A stretch of DNA of 64,000 nucleotides from an uncultured virus (IMG/VR IMGVR_UViG_3300027659_000025) (Duplodnaviria > Heunggongvirae > Uroviricota > Caudoviricetes). Location: the IMG/VR virus record IMGVR_UViG_3300027659_000025, one strand, 5' to 3'. Both the position numbers and the translations under genes were made by a program. The notes below the pieces were generated by a model. It was not told the DNA's origin. It did no database searches and saw only the letters and a list, made by a program, of their open reading frames with translations. Of this stretch, positions 28,051 through 38,044 are shown in pieces (the stretch's first letter is position 1; every line of letters starts with the position of its first letter).

Positions 28051-28574
28051 TTCAACATCTCCTTTGCTATTACAGCTGTTTTATCTTGGCTTCCTTTAGA
28101 AGAACCATAAAAGAAACCCATAATAGTTGCAATAATTGTGCCTAATAAAAAGCCTAAAATAGTATCTGCAAATCTAACGTTTTGTTCTGGAATATATCCA
28201 AACGTAATAAATCCAATATACACAACAGCACAAGCAGACCAGAACATTGCAAGATAATAAATAAACCGTCTTACAAATTTATCATCTGAATTAATTGCAG
28301 TTTGTTGCAATCCTCTAGCATCTTGCACATCTCTTAGATATGCCATTTCAACTTCAGCAACCAGTTTATTTTCTTCTAGCTTAATCTTCAACAGCTCTTC
28401 TTCATGATCCATTTCATACTGTTGAAGCTTAAGCATATCTTCTTGTGATAAAGAAGCCTTATCAAGATCTACACCTGTTTTCTCTTTAATCCACTCTTTG
28501 CCTTTAGCTAATGCTGCATTCCCAATTAGGTTTAGCCCTCCAGCAATAAGTGGTTGTAGAAATAGTGGAAGCAT
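28047..28574 (-). CDS. Holin-like membrane protein
   Basis: Coiled coil plus C-terminal TM helices, FFYGSS motif, adjacent to the endolysin. Confidence 0.65.
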   Translation of the reverse strand: MLPLFLQPLIAGGLNLIGNAALAKGKEWIKEKTGVDLDKASLSQEDMLKLQQYEMDHEEELLKIKLEENKLVAEVEMAYLRDVQDARGLQQTAINSDDKFVRRFIYYLAMFWSACAVVYIGFITFGYIPEQNVRFADTILGFLLGTIIATIMGFFYGSSKGSQDKTAVIAKEMLK

Positions 28575-28643
28575 CTTATTCCTTAATAATATGACAATAA
28601 CCTACACCATTAGAAATAAGTTATAATGGAGGGGGACGTCATT

Positions 28644-28661
28644 GGGTTAATTTAACGGGTT
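28644..28661 (-). promoter_or_regulatory. Class II phage promoter motif, copy 3
   Basis: AACCCGTTAAATTAACCC upstream of the lysis cassette. Confidence 0.7.
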
Positions 28662-28715
28662 GGTGTAATCAATCCTCTTACTACTTATTACAATTACTAC
28701 TATTGAAAATAATCA

Positions 28716-28825
28716 CTTTAAAACGGCTCAAGGTGCAACCGGGCGGCACGCCATGGTCCTCATATCAACTGCTAAAAAGGACAGCATAGCGGGCCAACCT
28801 GGGCACCTAGCGAGCGTTTCTAAAG
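28716..28825. other. 110-bp GC-rich quasi-palindrome B
   Basis: CTTTAAAACG-GCTC-AAGGTGC.....GCACCT-AGC-GAGC-GTTTCTAAAG. Confidence 0.55.
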
Positions 28826-28873
28826 TCAACTTCGTCACTCTAAGGCAACATTGAATTTTGACAACGATTAAAA

Positions 28874-29605
28874 TTATTTTTCAATCATTTTTATAAATAA
28901 ATAGCCAAAATCTAAATGCCACTTTTCTGTTCTTAAGTCTTTTAATTTAGGATTGTCATGGTGAGTTTTATGCATCCACTCTCCGCTTGCTGGTAAGATA
29001 TATTCAAGTATTGGATAATCGTGTGGTACTTTATTCAAGTGTGTCGTAACTTGATGCAAACCACCAATTAAATGAACAGAACCTAAAGCCATTGCATAAC
29101 CGAAGATAAATAACTCCCAGGAAATAGCTAAAAGTACCGTTGCAAAAACCACCCATATTACAAGACCATATCTATGTACAAACTTTAATGTAGGATCATT
29201 AATTAGCTTCTTAAGACGTCCATGTACCATTGGAACATTATTATATCTTTTCCAAAGCAAATAAGACAATTTTACAGCATGAGGATCTTTTTCAGTATCA
29301 GCATGAGCGTGATGTGTTATATGTGCTGATGCCCAACCTAAAGGACTACCTTGCAATAATAGTATACTATAGTACGCCATTATGACATGCCATGTTTTTG
29401 ATGTTTTAAAAGCACCATGGCTAAAATATCTATGCAAGCCTACAGACACCATTAAAGAACCTGTCAGATGAGTAACAGGCCATAATAAAAGCCAATACCA
29501 AGATACGATATCAAATAATACTAAAGAAATCCCAAAAGAAATTGCAGCAATTCCTAAGAGATGACCTAAACTTATCATCCACATAGGTTGTCTTAAATTG
29601 ATCAT
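28874..29605 (-). CDS. Membrane fatty-acid desaturase (delta-9-like)
   Basis: His boxes HRYFSH, HITHH (followed by AHADTEKDPH), HKTHH; TM helices. Confidence 0.88.
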   Translation of the reverse strand: MINLRQPMWMISLGHLLGIAAISFGISLVLFDIVSWYWLLLWPVTHLTGSLMVSVGLHRYFSHGAFKTSKTWHVIMAYYSILLLQGSPLGWASAHITHHAHADTEKDPHAVKLSYLLWKRYNNVPMVHGRLKKLINDPTLKFVHRYGLVIWVVFATVLLAISWELFIFGYAMALGSVHLIGGLHQVTTHLNKVPHDYPILEYILPASGEWMHKTHHDNPKLKDLRTEKWHLDFGYLFIKMIEK

Positions 29606-30147
29606 CTTTCGCTTTCTATAATGAAACCATATACTTCTGTTTCAGCAATTAATGTTAAATTCTCTGTTGCTGTAAAATAAAACGTTCCTGATGAAATATT
29701 AGATGCACCTGACATAATAAATATGTTTTGTCCAGTAACTATTTCAAAAGTATCGTTAGGTAACAATCTAATTGGTGTTAAAATTGGATGTGCTTTTCTG
29801 TTAGCTAGCCAATTAAAACACCAAAATTCAGTTTCTTCTAGTGCTGTAGTGACACTAATTCCTGCAGGATGATTTGGTCTTTCTGCACTAAAAAGTCCTG
29901 GATATCTATTTGGATGTTCTGTAATTGCACCTTCTAATGCTGTCGTAACAGTTGTAGCAGAGCCCCTAACATACATTGAAATATTAGGTGCAGTTCCACG
30001 TTCTATTTCCGCGCTAGCATGTGTAATTAGTTTTGCACCTGTTGGCATTATATGCTGAAATACTTTCCATCCAAAAATAATACAAGTATTAACTAAAATA
30101 GAATTAGCCTGTACTTGCCATTTTGCCTTTAAAGGTACTTTTATCAT
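29602..30147 (-). CDS. Hypothetical protein coupled to the desaturase
   Basis: ATGA overlap; beta-rich sequence. Confidence 0.65.
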   Translation of the reverse strand: MIKVPLKAKWQVQANSILVNTCIIFGWKVFQHIMPTGAKLITHASAEIERGTAPNISMYVRGSATTVTTALEGAITEHPNRYPGLFSAERPNHPAGISVTTALEETEFWCFNWLANRKAHPILTPIRLLPNDTFEIVTGQNIFIMSGASNISSGTFYFTATENLTLIAETEVYGFIIESER

Positions 30148-30156
30148 TTTAAACTC

Positions 30157-30561
30157 TTAAGTAGATTGTAAAGGATAAATAATAACTGGAGCAGATTTAT
30201 CTTCTTTTGGAATTGAAGCTTTAACTAGTTTTATAGCATCATAAAATTCAGCGGCCTTAGGAATTTCACCCTTATCCATTGCCCGCCATAGCATATCTAA
30301 CTGACTTCCAATAGAAGGGTAATTATTGATTCTATTTAAAGCATATTCTGGACCTTCTCTAAGTGGAAGATCTAGTATTTCTGGCTTTGTGCTTTTAACT
30401 AATTGTTTTGAGATTTTATCTACATAGTCACCAGGTTTACCTTCTTCGCTTATTATATAATCTTCATCTGGTCCTAATTGAAGTTTAATTAAACTTGAAG
30501 ACATATCATAAAATTTAGTAGTTTCGCCAGATTTAGTATTATAAACTACGTATTTTGGCAT
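30157..30561 (-). CDS. Tail fibre assembly/chaperone-like protein
   Basis: YPSIGSQLDMLW...IKxVKxxxPK motif typical of small genes following fibre genes. Confidence 0.6.
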   Translation of the reverse strand: MPKYVVYNTKSGETTKFYDMSSSLIKLQLGPDEDYIISEEGKPGDYVDKISKQLVKSTKPEILDLPLREGPEYALNRINNYPSIGSQLDMLWRAMDKGEIPKAAEFYDAIKLVKASIPKEDKSAPVIIYPLQST

Positions 30562-30563
30562 AA

Positions 30564-32357
30564 TTATTTCTCACTGGTTAATACTAAAATATATATAGGA
30601 CCTATTCCAGTTCCAGCACCATCTCTATTTGCAGTAAATGTGATTGTTTGAACTGAAACCTCATTTATATTAGGATTTTCTATGGAAACCATAGTAGACC
30701 CATATCCAGCATTTGATGTATTGATATAAGCATTTGCAGGTCCAGCTACTGTTAATGTACCTCTTGCAGGTCCATAATTATAAGTGCTTTCTGTTGGTAC
30801 GCCCTTAGATGCTGTAGTTACTGTAACTGTTCTGGCTGTACCAAAAAAAGCTATTGCACTTACATTTTTAGTACCTGGACCCAAAGATACAGTCAATGAA
30901 TGTGTTTCATGAGCTCCAGTTGTTGCTAAAGTACCCATAGCAAGACCATTTGAACCTGATACATTCTTTGTAATATTACCTACTGGAGCATAAGTTCCAA
31001 CTGCGATCCAATCTACAATGTAAGAGTCTGCTGCAGAAGCACCAAAATCAAAACGAATTTGAGTAATTAATCCATTTTCCCAGTCTGATTGTGCAGTAGT
31101 AGTAGTATAAGCAAGATCTCTTAAATCTATTTCTAAAATAGTCCAAGTAGAAGTTGCTGTTAAATTCGCAAAATTAGGAATACTAGCTTGATAAGTTCCG
31201 CTGTAAGCTGCACGTGTTTTAGTTACCCAAAATATAGTACCATCTGCAGAAGAACCAGCTGTTTTCATTATTCTTATTCTAATTTTATTATAATTTCTAC
31301 CTATGATATTAATTGCGCCCGGAGTAAATACAATAGGATCTACACCTGTGCTTGATATTTGAAGTTCGTTATTAACATTTGAGAGACTGCCACTGCTAAC
31401 CGTAAAGCCCTGTAAAGTGCCATCTTGAAAGTCCCATATTTTAGCTGCTGTAAAAACATTGATTAAACCATCACCAGCAGTATTAATTAAAGTACTTCCA
31501 ATAGAATTAGTAACTAACCCGCCTTTTAATCTTAGGTCTGTACCATCCCAAAGCATTGATTTAGTGTTACCAGCATCTCCAATAAAGAACTTATGAACTG
31601 TTGATGCTTTACCTAAAAAGAAGCCAGCATTACCTGTGTCTGTTGAACTTGTTTTTCCTGACGATATAGAGCCAGAATCTGCAACGGTTAAATTTCCAAC
31701 ATCAGCAGTAATTGCAGATAAACTTGCAACTTTAAAGTAGCTTAAATAAGGAGTACTCCAAGTAGTGTTGGCTGTGCCTAAAGTAGCGCCAGCAGCTCTA
31801 ATACCATCGGATTGAAACTGAGCTTCTACTCCCGTTAAAGACACTGGTGATACAGACCAGCTAGCAGTGACAGGTACAGCCCCATCAACTGTAGCACCTG
31901 GTGTTGCTGGTATTGTTGCTTGATTCGTAGATTTTATATAAATTCTATAATTAGATGCACCAATAATACCAGTAGGACCAATAGCTCCTGTATTACCAGT
32001 TTTACTTATTGCAACAGGTATTGTCTGTTGAATAGATTGACCTAAATATGTAACTGTTACACTAACAGTTGTTGCAACAAATACATCATAAGCAGCTGTA
32101 ACTGTAGGAGTAAATGTAGCTGCATCAGTAGTTGCTGGATTTACTAAAAGCCCCGCAGCTGACCAAGAATAACTATTAGGAGTTAATACAGTGCCTCCTC
32201 TTTGAAGTGTGACTCCAAAACTACCTGATACACTGGGAGTTACAGCATCGCCTGCAGCATTATAAACATAAGCTCTATTTCCACCAATTATAGTTAATGT
32301 ATAACCATCATTTTGGTCTACAATTGTCAATTGTCCTGTAGATACTAATGTTGGCAT
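30564..32357 (-). CDS. Tail fibre / receptor-binding protein with a carbohydrate-binding-like domain
   Basis: G/T/S-rich, short Gly-X-Y run, LSAITADVG motif, WDF...ITQIRFD...IVDWIAVG jelly-roll-like segment. Confidence 0.7.
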   Translation of the reverse strand: MPTLVSTGQLTIVDQNDGYTLTIIGGNRAYVYNAAGDAVTPSVSGSFGVTLQRGGTVLTPNSYSWSAAGLLVNPATTDAATFTPTVTAAYDVFVATTVSVTVTYLGQSIQQTIPVAISKTGNTGAIGPTGIIGASNYRIYIKSTNQATIPATPGATVDGAVPVTASWSVSPVSLTGVEAQFQSDGIRAAGATLGTANTTWSTPYLSYFKVASLSAITADVGNLTVADSGSISSGKTSSTDTGNAGFFLGKASTVHKFFIGDAGNTKSMLWDGTDLRLKGGLVTNSIGSTLINTAGDGLINVFTAAKIWDFQDGTLQGFTVSSGSLSNVNNELQISSTGVDPIVFTPGAINIIGRNYNKIRIRIMKTAGSSADGTIFWVTKTRAAYSGTYQASIPNFANLTATSTWTILEIDLRDLAYTTTTAQSDWENGLITQIRFDFGASAADSYIVDWIAVGTYAPVGNITKNVSGSNGLAMGTLATTGAHETHSLTVSLGPGTKNVSAIAFFGTARTVTVTTASKGVPTESTYNYGPARGTLTVAGPANAYINTSNAGYGSTMVSIENPNINEVSVQTITFTANRDGAGTGIGPIYILVLTSEK

Positions 32358-32358
32358 T

Positions 32359-34080
32359 TTAAGGCCTCATTGCTTTACACGTTATAGTACCTTTAGTATC
32401 AATATCGTCGCCTGTTACAATAATTTTAGAATTAGTAAAATGCGTCCCAGATTGAGTATTGGCTAAAGTTCCACCTGTTTTACTAATAACACCAATGCTA
32501 GTATTAACAGAAGCAGTTCCAGTACCAATACCGACACCAGTTGCTGTAAATACAGTGCCTGGAGTACTATTAGCAGCGCCTATTAATGTAAAATCAGTAC
32601 TTCCAGCAGTTTGTATTGTATAAGCTGTTCCTATTACAAAAGAACCTGCTGTAACTATTGTAGTAACACCTTGAAGAGCAGTTCCAGTACCAGTCCCAAC
32701 GCCAGTTGCCGTAAACACCAGTCCTACAGTATTGCTAGAAGCGCCTATTGCAGTAAAACTTGTAGTACCTATGAATGATATTTTATAGGTTACACCAACT
32801 ACAAAAGAGCCTGCCGTAATAGATGTTCCAGTGTTTTGACAAACATATAAAGAGCCACCAGCAAATTGATCAACAGTAAGACCGGTAACATTTGCAAAAG
32901 TTTCTGTCTCAGGACTTGTATCAATAGTAACTGTAGTGCTTGATGTTGCTGCTACTTCATAATATCTAACCAGACCCGCTGTACTTATTACTTTTACTAT
33001 ACTGTTTATTGGCAATGCTTGTCCACTAAACGTATTATTTACTGTAAATGCAGTTGTAGTATTGCTTGTTATGCTTCTTACTGTATAACTAGGGTCTACA
33101 AATGCAGCTTTTGCTCCTGTTGCGTCATAAAATTCATAATCAAAAGTCCACCCTGTAGTATCTGTTAGTTGGCTTGATCCTTCATAAATAAAAGGAAATA
33201 CGTTTGTAGTTCCGACACCATTTTGAAGTTTATCTCCAGATGTTGAGATCAGTTTCAAGTCATATGGATCAGAAACATCATAGACAGTAACGTATGCAGC
33301 ATATGTTGCTAAATCTGCGGATTTTGCTTCAACTTTAAAGAAGCCGATATCAGAGACAGCTGTCTCTTTTATTACTATTGTTTTAACATCTGCATAAGTA
33401 CCATCAGCAGGGTTTGTTGCTGCACCGCCTGCAGTAGTTTTAAATGAAATTGAACCAGCAGTTACAAGAGGATGGTTAGCGTCAAGTTGATCTGAAGCTC
33501 CAAATGGAGAAATAAACCATTTATATGTAGTTCCAATATCATCTACAGTCGAGCCTCTAAAGAGATCAGCTGAAAGTTCTACACTGTTTTTAGTTGTTGT
33601 ATTTGACTCTTGGAAAGCAGTTTGACCTCTAATAATCACATAAGTGGCATTTGTGCCAGTTCTTACTAAGCTGAGAGTAATTTGTGCAATTACATGAGAT
33701 ACTAGTGATGTAACAGGATCCGTATAGTCTGCCTCAAAATAGTAAATTTTAGTAGGTATAGCTTCCGTTAAAGTAGTATTTGAACTAACTGTAAAAGTAG
33801 TAACAGCAGTTGCAATTGGAGTGCCTAAAACATTTGACCATGTCTTATTTGTAAGAGATGCTGAATTGATGACATTAGTTGCAGTTGTTGTTCCACCAAC
33901 ATAAATTGCAGCTGTTAGTGTTAAAGGTGAACTTGCCCAATTAGGAACAAAAGTTTCGGTAGTATCATCTTTTGTATAAATTTGTTGAGTTTGTCCATTT
34001 GCTGTAATATATGCAGTTATTGGCCTTGCATCATTATTGTCAACAATTGTTATTTGACCTGTTGAAACTAAAGTTGGCAT
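32359..34080 (-). CDS. Tail fibre/minor tail protein with Ig-like domains and a tandem repeat
   Basis: Thr-rich; two copies of TAGSFVxG..Y.I...GxT.FT.IGA...T.G.VFTATGVG.GTGTA. Confidence 0.7.
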   Translation of the reverse strand: MPTLVSTGQITIVDNNDARPITAYITANGQTQQIYTKDDTTETFVPNWASSPLTLTAAIYVGGTTTATNVINSASLTNKTWSNVLGTPIATAVTTFTVSSNTTLTEAIPTKIYYFEADYTDPVTSLVSHVIAQITLSLVRTGTNATYVIIRGQTAFQESNTTTKNSVELSADLFRGSTVDDIGTTYKWFISPFGASDQLDANHPLVTAGSISFKTTAGGAATNPADGTYADVKTIVIKETAVSDIGFFKVEAKSADLATYAAYVTVYDVSDPYDLKLISTSGDKLQNGVGTTNVFPFIYEGSSQLTDTTGWTFDYEFYDATGAKAAFVDPSYTVRSITSNTTTAFTVNNTFSGQALPINSIVKVISTAGLVRYYEVAATSSTTVTIDTSPETETFANVTGLTVDQFAGGSLYVCQNTGTSITAGSFVVGVTYKISFIGTTSFTAIGASSNTVGLVFTATGVGTGTGTALQGVTTIVTAGSFVIGTAYTIQTAGSTDFTLIGAANSTPGTVFTATGVGIGTGTASVNTSIGVISKTGGTLANTQSGTHFTNSKIIVTGDDIDTKGTITCKAMRP

Positions 34081-34082
34081 TA

Positions 34083-37000
34083 TTACTCCGATAATATATC
34101 ACAGTGAAATGTAGCAAATGCATACACACTGTTTATGTTTACTTCAATCTGTTTATATCCTGATGCAAACAATGCGTTCCAAGTTGCATCATCGTCTGGA
34201 TATGGCCTTGGAGTTTGAGAGATTCTTCTCCATTTAAATCTAGAAGCTGGTATTGTAGCTGTAACATCATCATCATTTAAAAATACATGTGCAATAAGAG
34301 TTGTTATGGTTGCCTGACCAATTCTAAATGTATCTCCATTTGTGCTTTCTACAACAACGTTATATAATGCACCATCTTGTAAAGATGTTATTGTAGTTAC
34401 TGCAGTAGCTGTTGTTCCATCATCATCTGTAGCAATAACTTTAAGATTCTTTGAAGCACTGGCTGCAAAAGATGGAACTATTATACTACTTGTTGTAGTA
34501 ACTTGTACAATATCATTTAAGTACCAAGCATAGGCTGGAGATAAGAAATTTGTTGTAACTGCATTAAAAGTATTTGTAGTTGGAGTAGGCGCTGTTGCTC
34601 CGGCAATTGTAATAAAAGTATCTGAAGAGCCTACTGCGGGTAATATCGAAGTAGTTTTTAGCAGTGAAGTGCCATCGCTTTCAAATAGCCTAATTAAGTC
34701 TGAGAAAGCAGTTCCATTATTATTAGTATCAAAGCCTCTTACAGAGAATCCTAAAATAGCTTCTATTGGTGGTACAAAAGCTTCTTTTAAGTTTGTTGCA
34801 CCAAATTCTTTAAAGTAAAGCCCTTGCTCATATGTACTATCAACAAAGCTTAAAAATAATTGAGCTCTAGTAGTAGTTCCAATATTAGTAACCCACCAAT
34901 TTAAACCATCAACATCTGGTTCTCTACCAATAACTCTACGATACAGATTAGTAATATATTGAGTATTTGTGTTATTTATAAAATCAGCATTAACAGTTGA
35001 ATCTGCAAGATAACCAGTAATTACTGAGAGTAAGCTAATATTACTACCTCTTTTAAATAAAGCATAAGCAATTGTGCTGCCTATATCTCCATAAAATACT
35101 TTAGTAATTTCTGTTAACTTTATATAATATATAGGATTCTCAGTTAAATTTCCAGTAAAGTACTTTATGTTGTTTCCAGTAGCAACTCCTCCTGGAATAT
35201 ATGCACTGCCACCTGACCAATAATATAACTTGTAATTTATTGCTTTTGTGTTAACAGCATCTTTCCAAGATATAATTTGATCTGTAATTGTAATATCATA
35301 GGGTTTTTGAAATATGCTAGTAGATGCTGGATTTGTATTTGGAGCATACACATTATCAGCAACATTCCATGCTAATGTATTTAAACTAAATCTAACAGCT
35401 TTTATTGTAATCTCTAATTGCTCATCTACATTGACATCTTGTACTTGAATATATTCATTTTGTAATACACCTACATTAAATAACACACTTCTTAATCTTA
35501 AAATATCGCCAGGTTCGTATATAATAGACTTAAAAGGTACTTTAAATTCATACATAACTGCATTTCTACTTTTTCTAACTCTTTCTTCTGCTTTTGCTAA
35601 TGCATGATCAATATCAACAATACCTCTCTCATAAAAATCTGACTCTAATCTAACTCCATTATCTTCTGCCAGCATCGTTGCATAAACGGTATCATTAACA
35701 TTAAATGGAGTCTTATTAGGCCATGATACTGCATCATCTTTGAAGTCAAGACCTTCATTTGCAAATTTAATTGTACAATGATTTAGTCTTTCACTTGCAT
35801 TTGGCCACCGCATTGAAAAAGAATCATTAAGAATAATATCATCGGTAATTAATCTTTGAGCTACTTCTTCAGTTGTAAGCCCTGCAAAAATTCCAGCTTC
35901 ATTAGTAGGATAACTAAGTAACAATTTATATTTTCCATTAGACCAAATTAATTCTGCGCTATTCATTGTTTCTAAAATTGTCTCTAGATTGTCTCTAATA
36001 TTTGTTTCAGGGTCTATTACTACGTTACATTCAAACAACGGCAATGTAGCTCTAAGAGCGCCATATTGAGGATTTTTTAAATCAAATACATTATTTTTCT
36101 CAGGACTTGTATCATCAATTTTTAAAGCAATACAACCAAATTTATTTGGATTGCCTGCTTGAAGTCTTATTGTCTGCAATCCAGAAGTAATAATGTTTAT
36201 TGTATATGTAAATAGTTGTGTAAACGTAGAAGTTGAACTCTGTCCTACTAACACATTGTTTACATTTAATATAAAAGAATCATCTGCAGAAAGGTAAACA
36301 GTATATGAACCATTTTTTAAATATATTTGAAATGTTTTGTCAATTTCTAAGACTCGTTCAGACTCAAAGTCTACTGTAGCTTGAGTTTTATATTCCCAAA
36401 CAGCATTTTCTTTTAAGAAAGGATGATATATATCTTTTTCAGGCGCTGGTTGTAAATATAAATTAGATGAACTAGGTATCCACATATGTCCAAATGCAGG
36501 TCTATTAGTTTCTACAACAGTGTCGCAAATTAATTTAGCTTTATAAAAAGATTCTAAATCAATTTGATCTACTGTTAATGCTAATCCATATAAAGAACTC
36601 ATTAAATAGTCTAATAGTACTCGTGCAGGATTATTTGAGTAAGACTCTGCGGCGCTTAAAGAATAAGTATTACTAGAATATTGAATATCTTTTAGTTTTC
36701 TTCCTTTTACTAAAAATTGTATTTGAGGCACTCCTTGGTATTGCGGTGCATCTCGATCTAGTCTAAGACACATTGAAGCATAAGCTATATTTGTAAATAT
36801 AGCATTTCTACGTTCAGGATAGTTTGCTGCTATCATTTCATCTGCAGCATTTCCTTTTTTAAATATATTGATTCGCTGACCTTTTCTAAAGTCAGGGTTA
36901 TTATAAAATCTGTTAGGATCTATGATAACATCTACAACATCTTCTATTTCTCCTAAAGAAATAGTTTGTTGTACAAATAAGTACTCATGTCTATTACCAG

Positions 37001-37475
37001 ATCTATTTTCATCTAAAGCTGTTCCATTAGTTGTTAAGACCTTAGGTATTACAATTTCTTGAAACTGAGGAACTCCGTTGCTATCTGTGGCTTGTACAAT
37101 CTGAAGTCCATCTGAATACGTAATAGGTACTGTTTCTGTATGCTCAGGTATTTCAATTCTAGTTATTCCACTAACAAACTCTTTAAAATAAATTCCAGTA
37201 TTATTTGCATGAATATAATTATTAGCTGTATTATGATATACTCTATTACCACCTACTAAAACTCTTCCATATGCTACTGAAATTGCTTTTACTTCAGCTT
37301 CAATAGGAATTGTAGTGCCTTTTGCGGCATCTTGCGCAGCACGCATTCTACGAGAGAGTTGTTGTTGTCTTATAATAGAATATGCAATTGATGCAGCAAT
37401 TATATAAGGACTAACAGTAGCAAGGAAAGCAGTAAAAGCTGCAAAAGCGCTTGGTACAAAAACAACGAGTGGCAT
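34083..37475 (-). CDS. Tail tip / central fibre protein (lambda J-like)
   Basis: VAYGRV, VKGRK, YSNNPARVLLDYL, DLESF motifs; position after the distal tail genes. Confidence 0.8.
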   Translation of the reverse strand: MPLVVFVPSAFAAFTAFLATVSPYIIAASIAYSIIRQQQLSRRMRAAQDAAKGTTIPIEAEVKAISVAYGRVLVGGNRVYHNTANNYIHANNTGIYFKEFVSGITRIEIPEHTETVPITYSDGLQIVQATDSNGVPQFQEIVIPKVLTTNGTALDENRSGNRHEYLFVQQTISLGEIEDVVDVIIDPNRFYNNPDFRKGQRINIFKKGNAADEMIAANYPERRNAIFTNIAYASMCLRLDRDAPQYQGVPQIQFLVKGRKLKDIQYSSNTYSLSAAESYSNNPARVLLDYLMSSLYGLALTVDQIDLESFYKAKLICDTVVETNRPAFGHMWIPSSSNLYLQPAPEKDIYHPFLKENAVWEYKTQATVDFESERVLEIDKTFQIYLKNGSYTVYLSADDSFILNVNNVLVGQSSTSTFTQLFTYTINIITSGLQTIRLQAGNPNKFGCIALKIDDTSPEKNNVFDLKNPQYGALRATLPLFECNVVIDPETNIRDNLETILETMNSAELIWSNGKYKLLLSYPTNEAGIFAGLTTEEVAQRLITDDIILNDSFSMRWPNASERLNHCTIKFANEGLDFKDDAVSWPNKTPFNVNDTVYATMLAEDNGVRLESDFYERGIVDIDHALAKAEERVRKSRNAVMYEFKVPFKSIIYEPGDILRLRSVLFNVGVLQNEYIQVQDVNVDEQLEITIKAVRFSLNTLAWNVADNVYAPNTNPASTSIFQKPYDITITDQIISWKDAVNTKAINYKLYYWSGGSAYIPGGVATGNNIKYFTGNLTENPIYYIKLTEITKVFYGDIGSTIAYALFKRGSNISLLSVITGYLADSTVNADFINNTNTQYITNLYRRVIGREPDVDGLNWWVTNIGTTTRAQLFLSFVDSTYEQGLYFKEFGATNLKEAFVPPIEAILGFSVRGFDTNNNGTAFSDLIRLFESDGTSLLKTTSILPAVGSSDTFITIAGATAPTPTTNTFNAVTTNFLSPAYAWYLNDIVQVTTTSSIIVPSFAASASKNLKVIATDDDGTTATAVTTITSLQDGALYNVVVESTNGDTFRIGQATITTLIAHVFLNDDDVTATIPASRFKWRRISQTPRPYPDDDATWNALFASGYKQIEVNINSVYAFATFHCDILSE

Positions 37476-38044
37476 TATGCTTTACCCCACTTTAATATTG
37501 AATTTCCAGAGCCTACATGTACAAAATCAAAGGAAGAATCAATTGGATAAATATCTCTTAAATATCTTTTTGAAGAATAAAAAGTATTTCTTTTCTCCAA
37601 AGATGCAAGAGGGCTTGAGCTTTCAATTGTAGCAATTAATGAACCTTCTCTAGGATTAGCTTCTATAATAGTACTATCAATTATACCATCATAAATTGTT
37701 AATAAATTAGAGTTTACTAAATTAGGAAGACCACTAGAATTATCATAAACACCTAATTTAACTTGTAACCTAGAGCCAAGTGCCGAAGTTTCAAAGTACT
37801 CTTTAAAGGCTAAATCTACATCTGATAGTTGAACTTTATATGCAGCTCTATCAATAACTGACGAGCTTGATGGTGGATCTATTGCAATAATTTTACTATT
37901 ATAGCTGTAAATTTCTGAATCAATTGTAACGTCAAAAGGTAATGTAGAAACTCGAAAGTTTATTTCAAATATCTTTAAAGTTATAAAATAAGTAATATTA
38001 TTTAAAATAAAAGTTGAATTAATTATTGTTGGCAATTTTTTCAT
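37475..38044 (-). CDS. Minor tail protein
   Basis: Synteny; ends in LKWGK. Confidence 0.65.
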   Translation of the reverse strand: MKKLPTIINSTFILNNITYFITLKIFEINFRVSTLPFDVTIDSEIYSYNSKIIAIDPPSSSSVIDRAAYKVQLSDVDLAFKEYFETSALGSRLQVKLGVYDNSSGLPNLVNSNLLTIYDGIIDSTIIEANPREGSLIATIESSSPLASLEKRNTFYSSKRYLRDIYPIDSSFDFVHVGSGNSILKWGKA

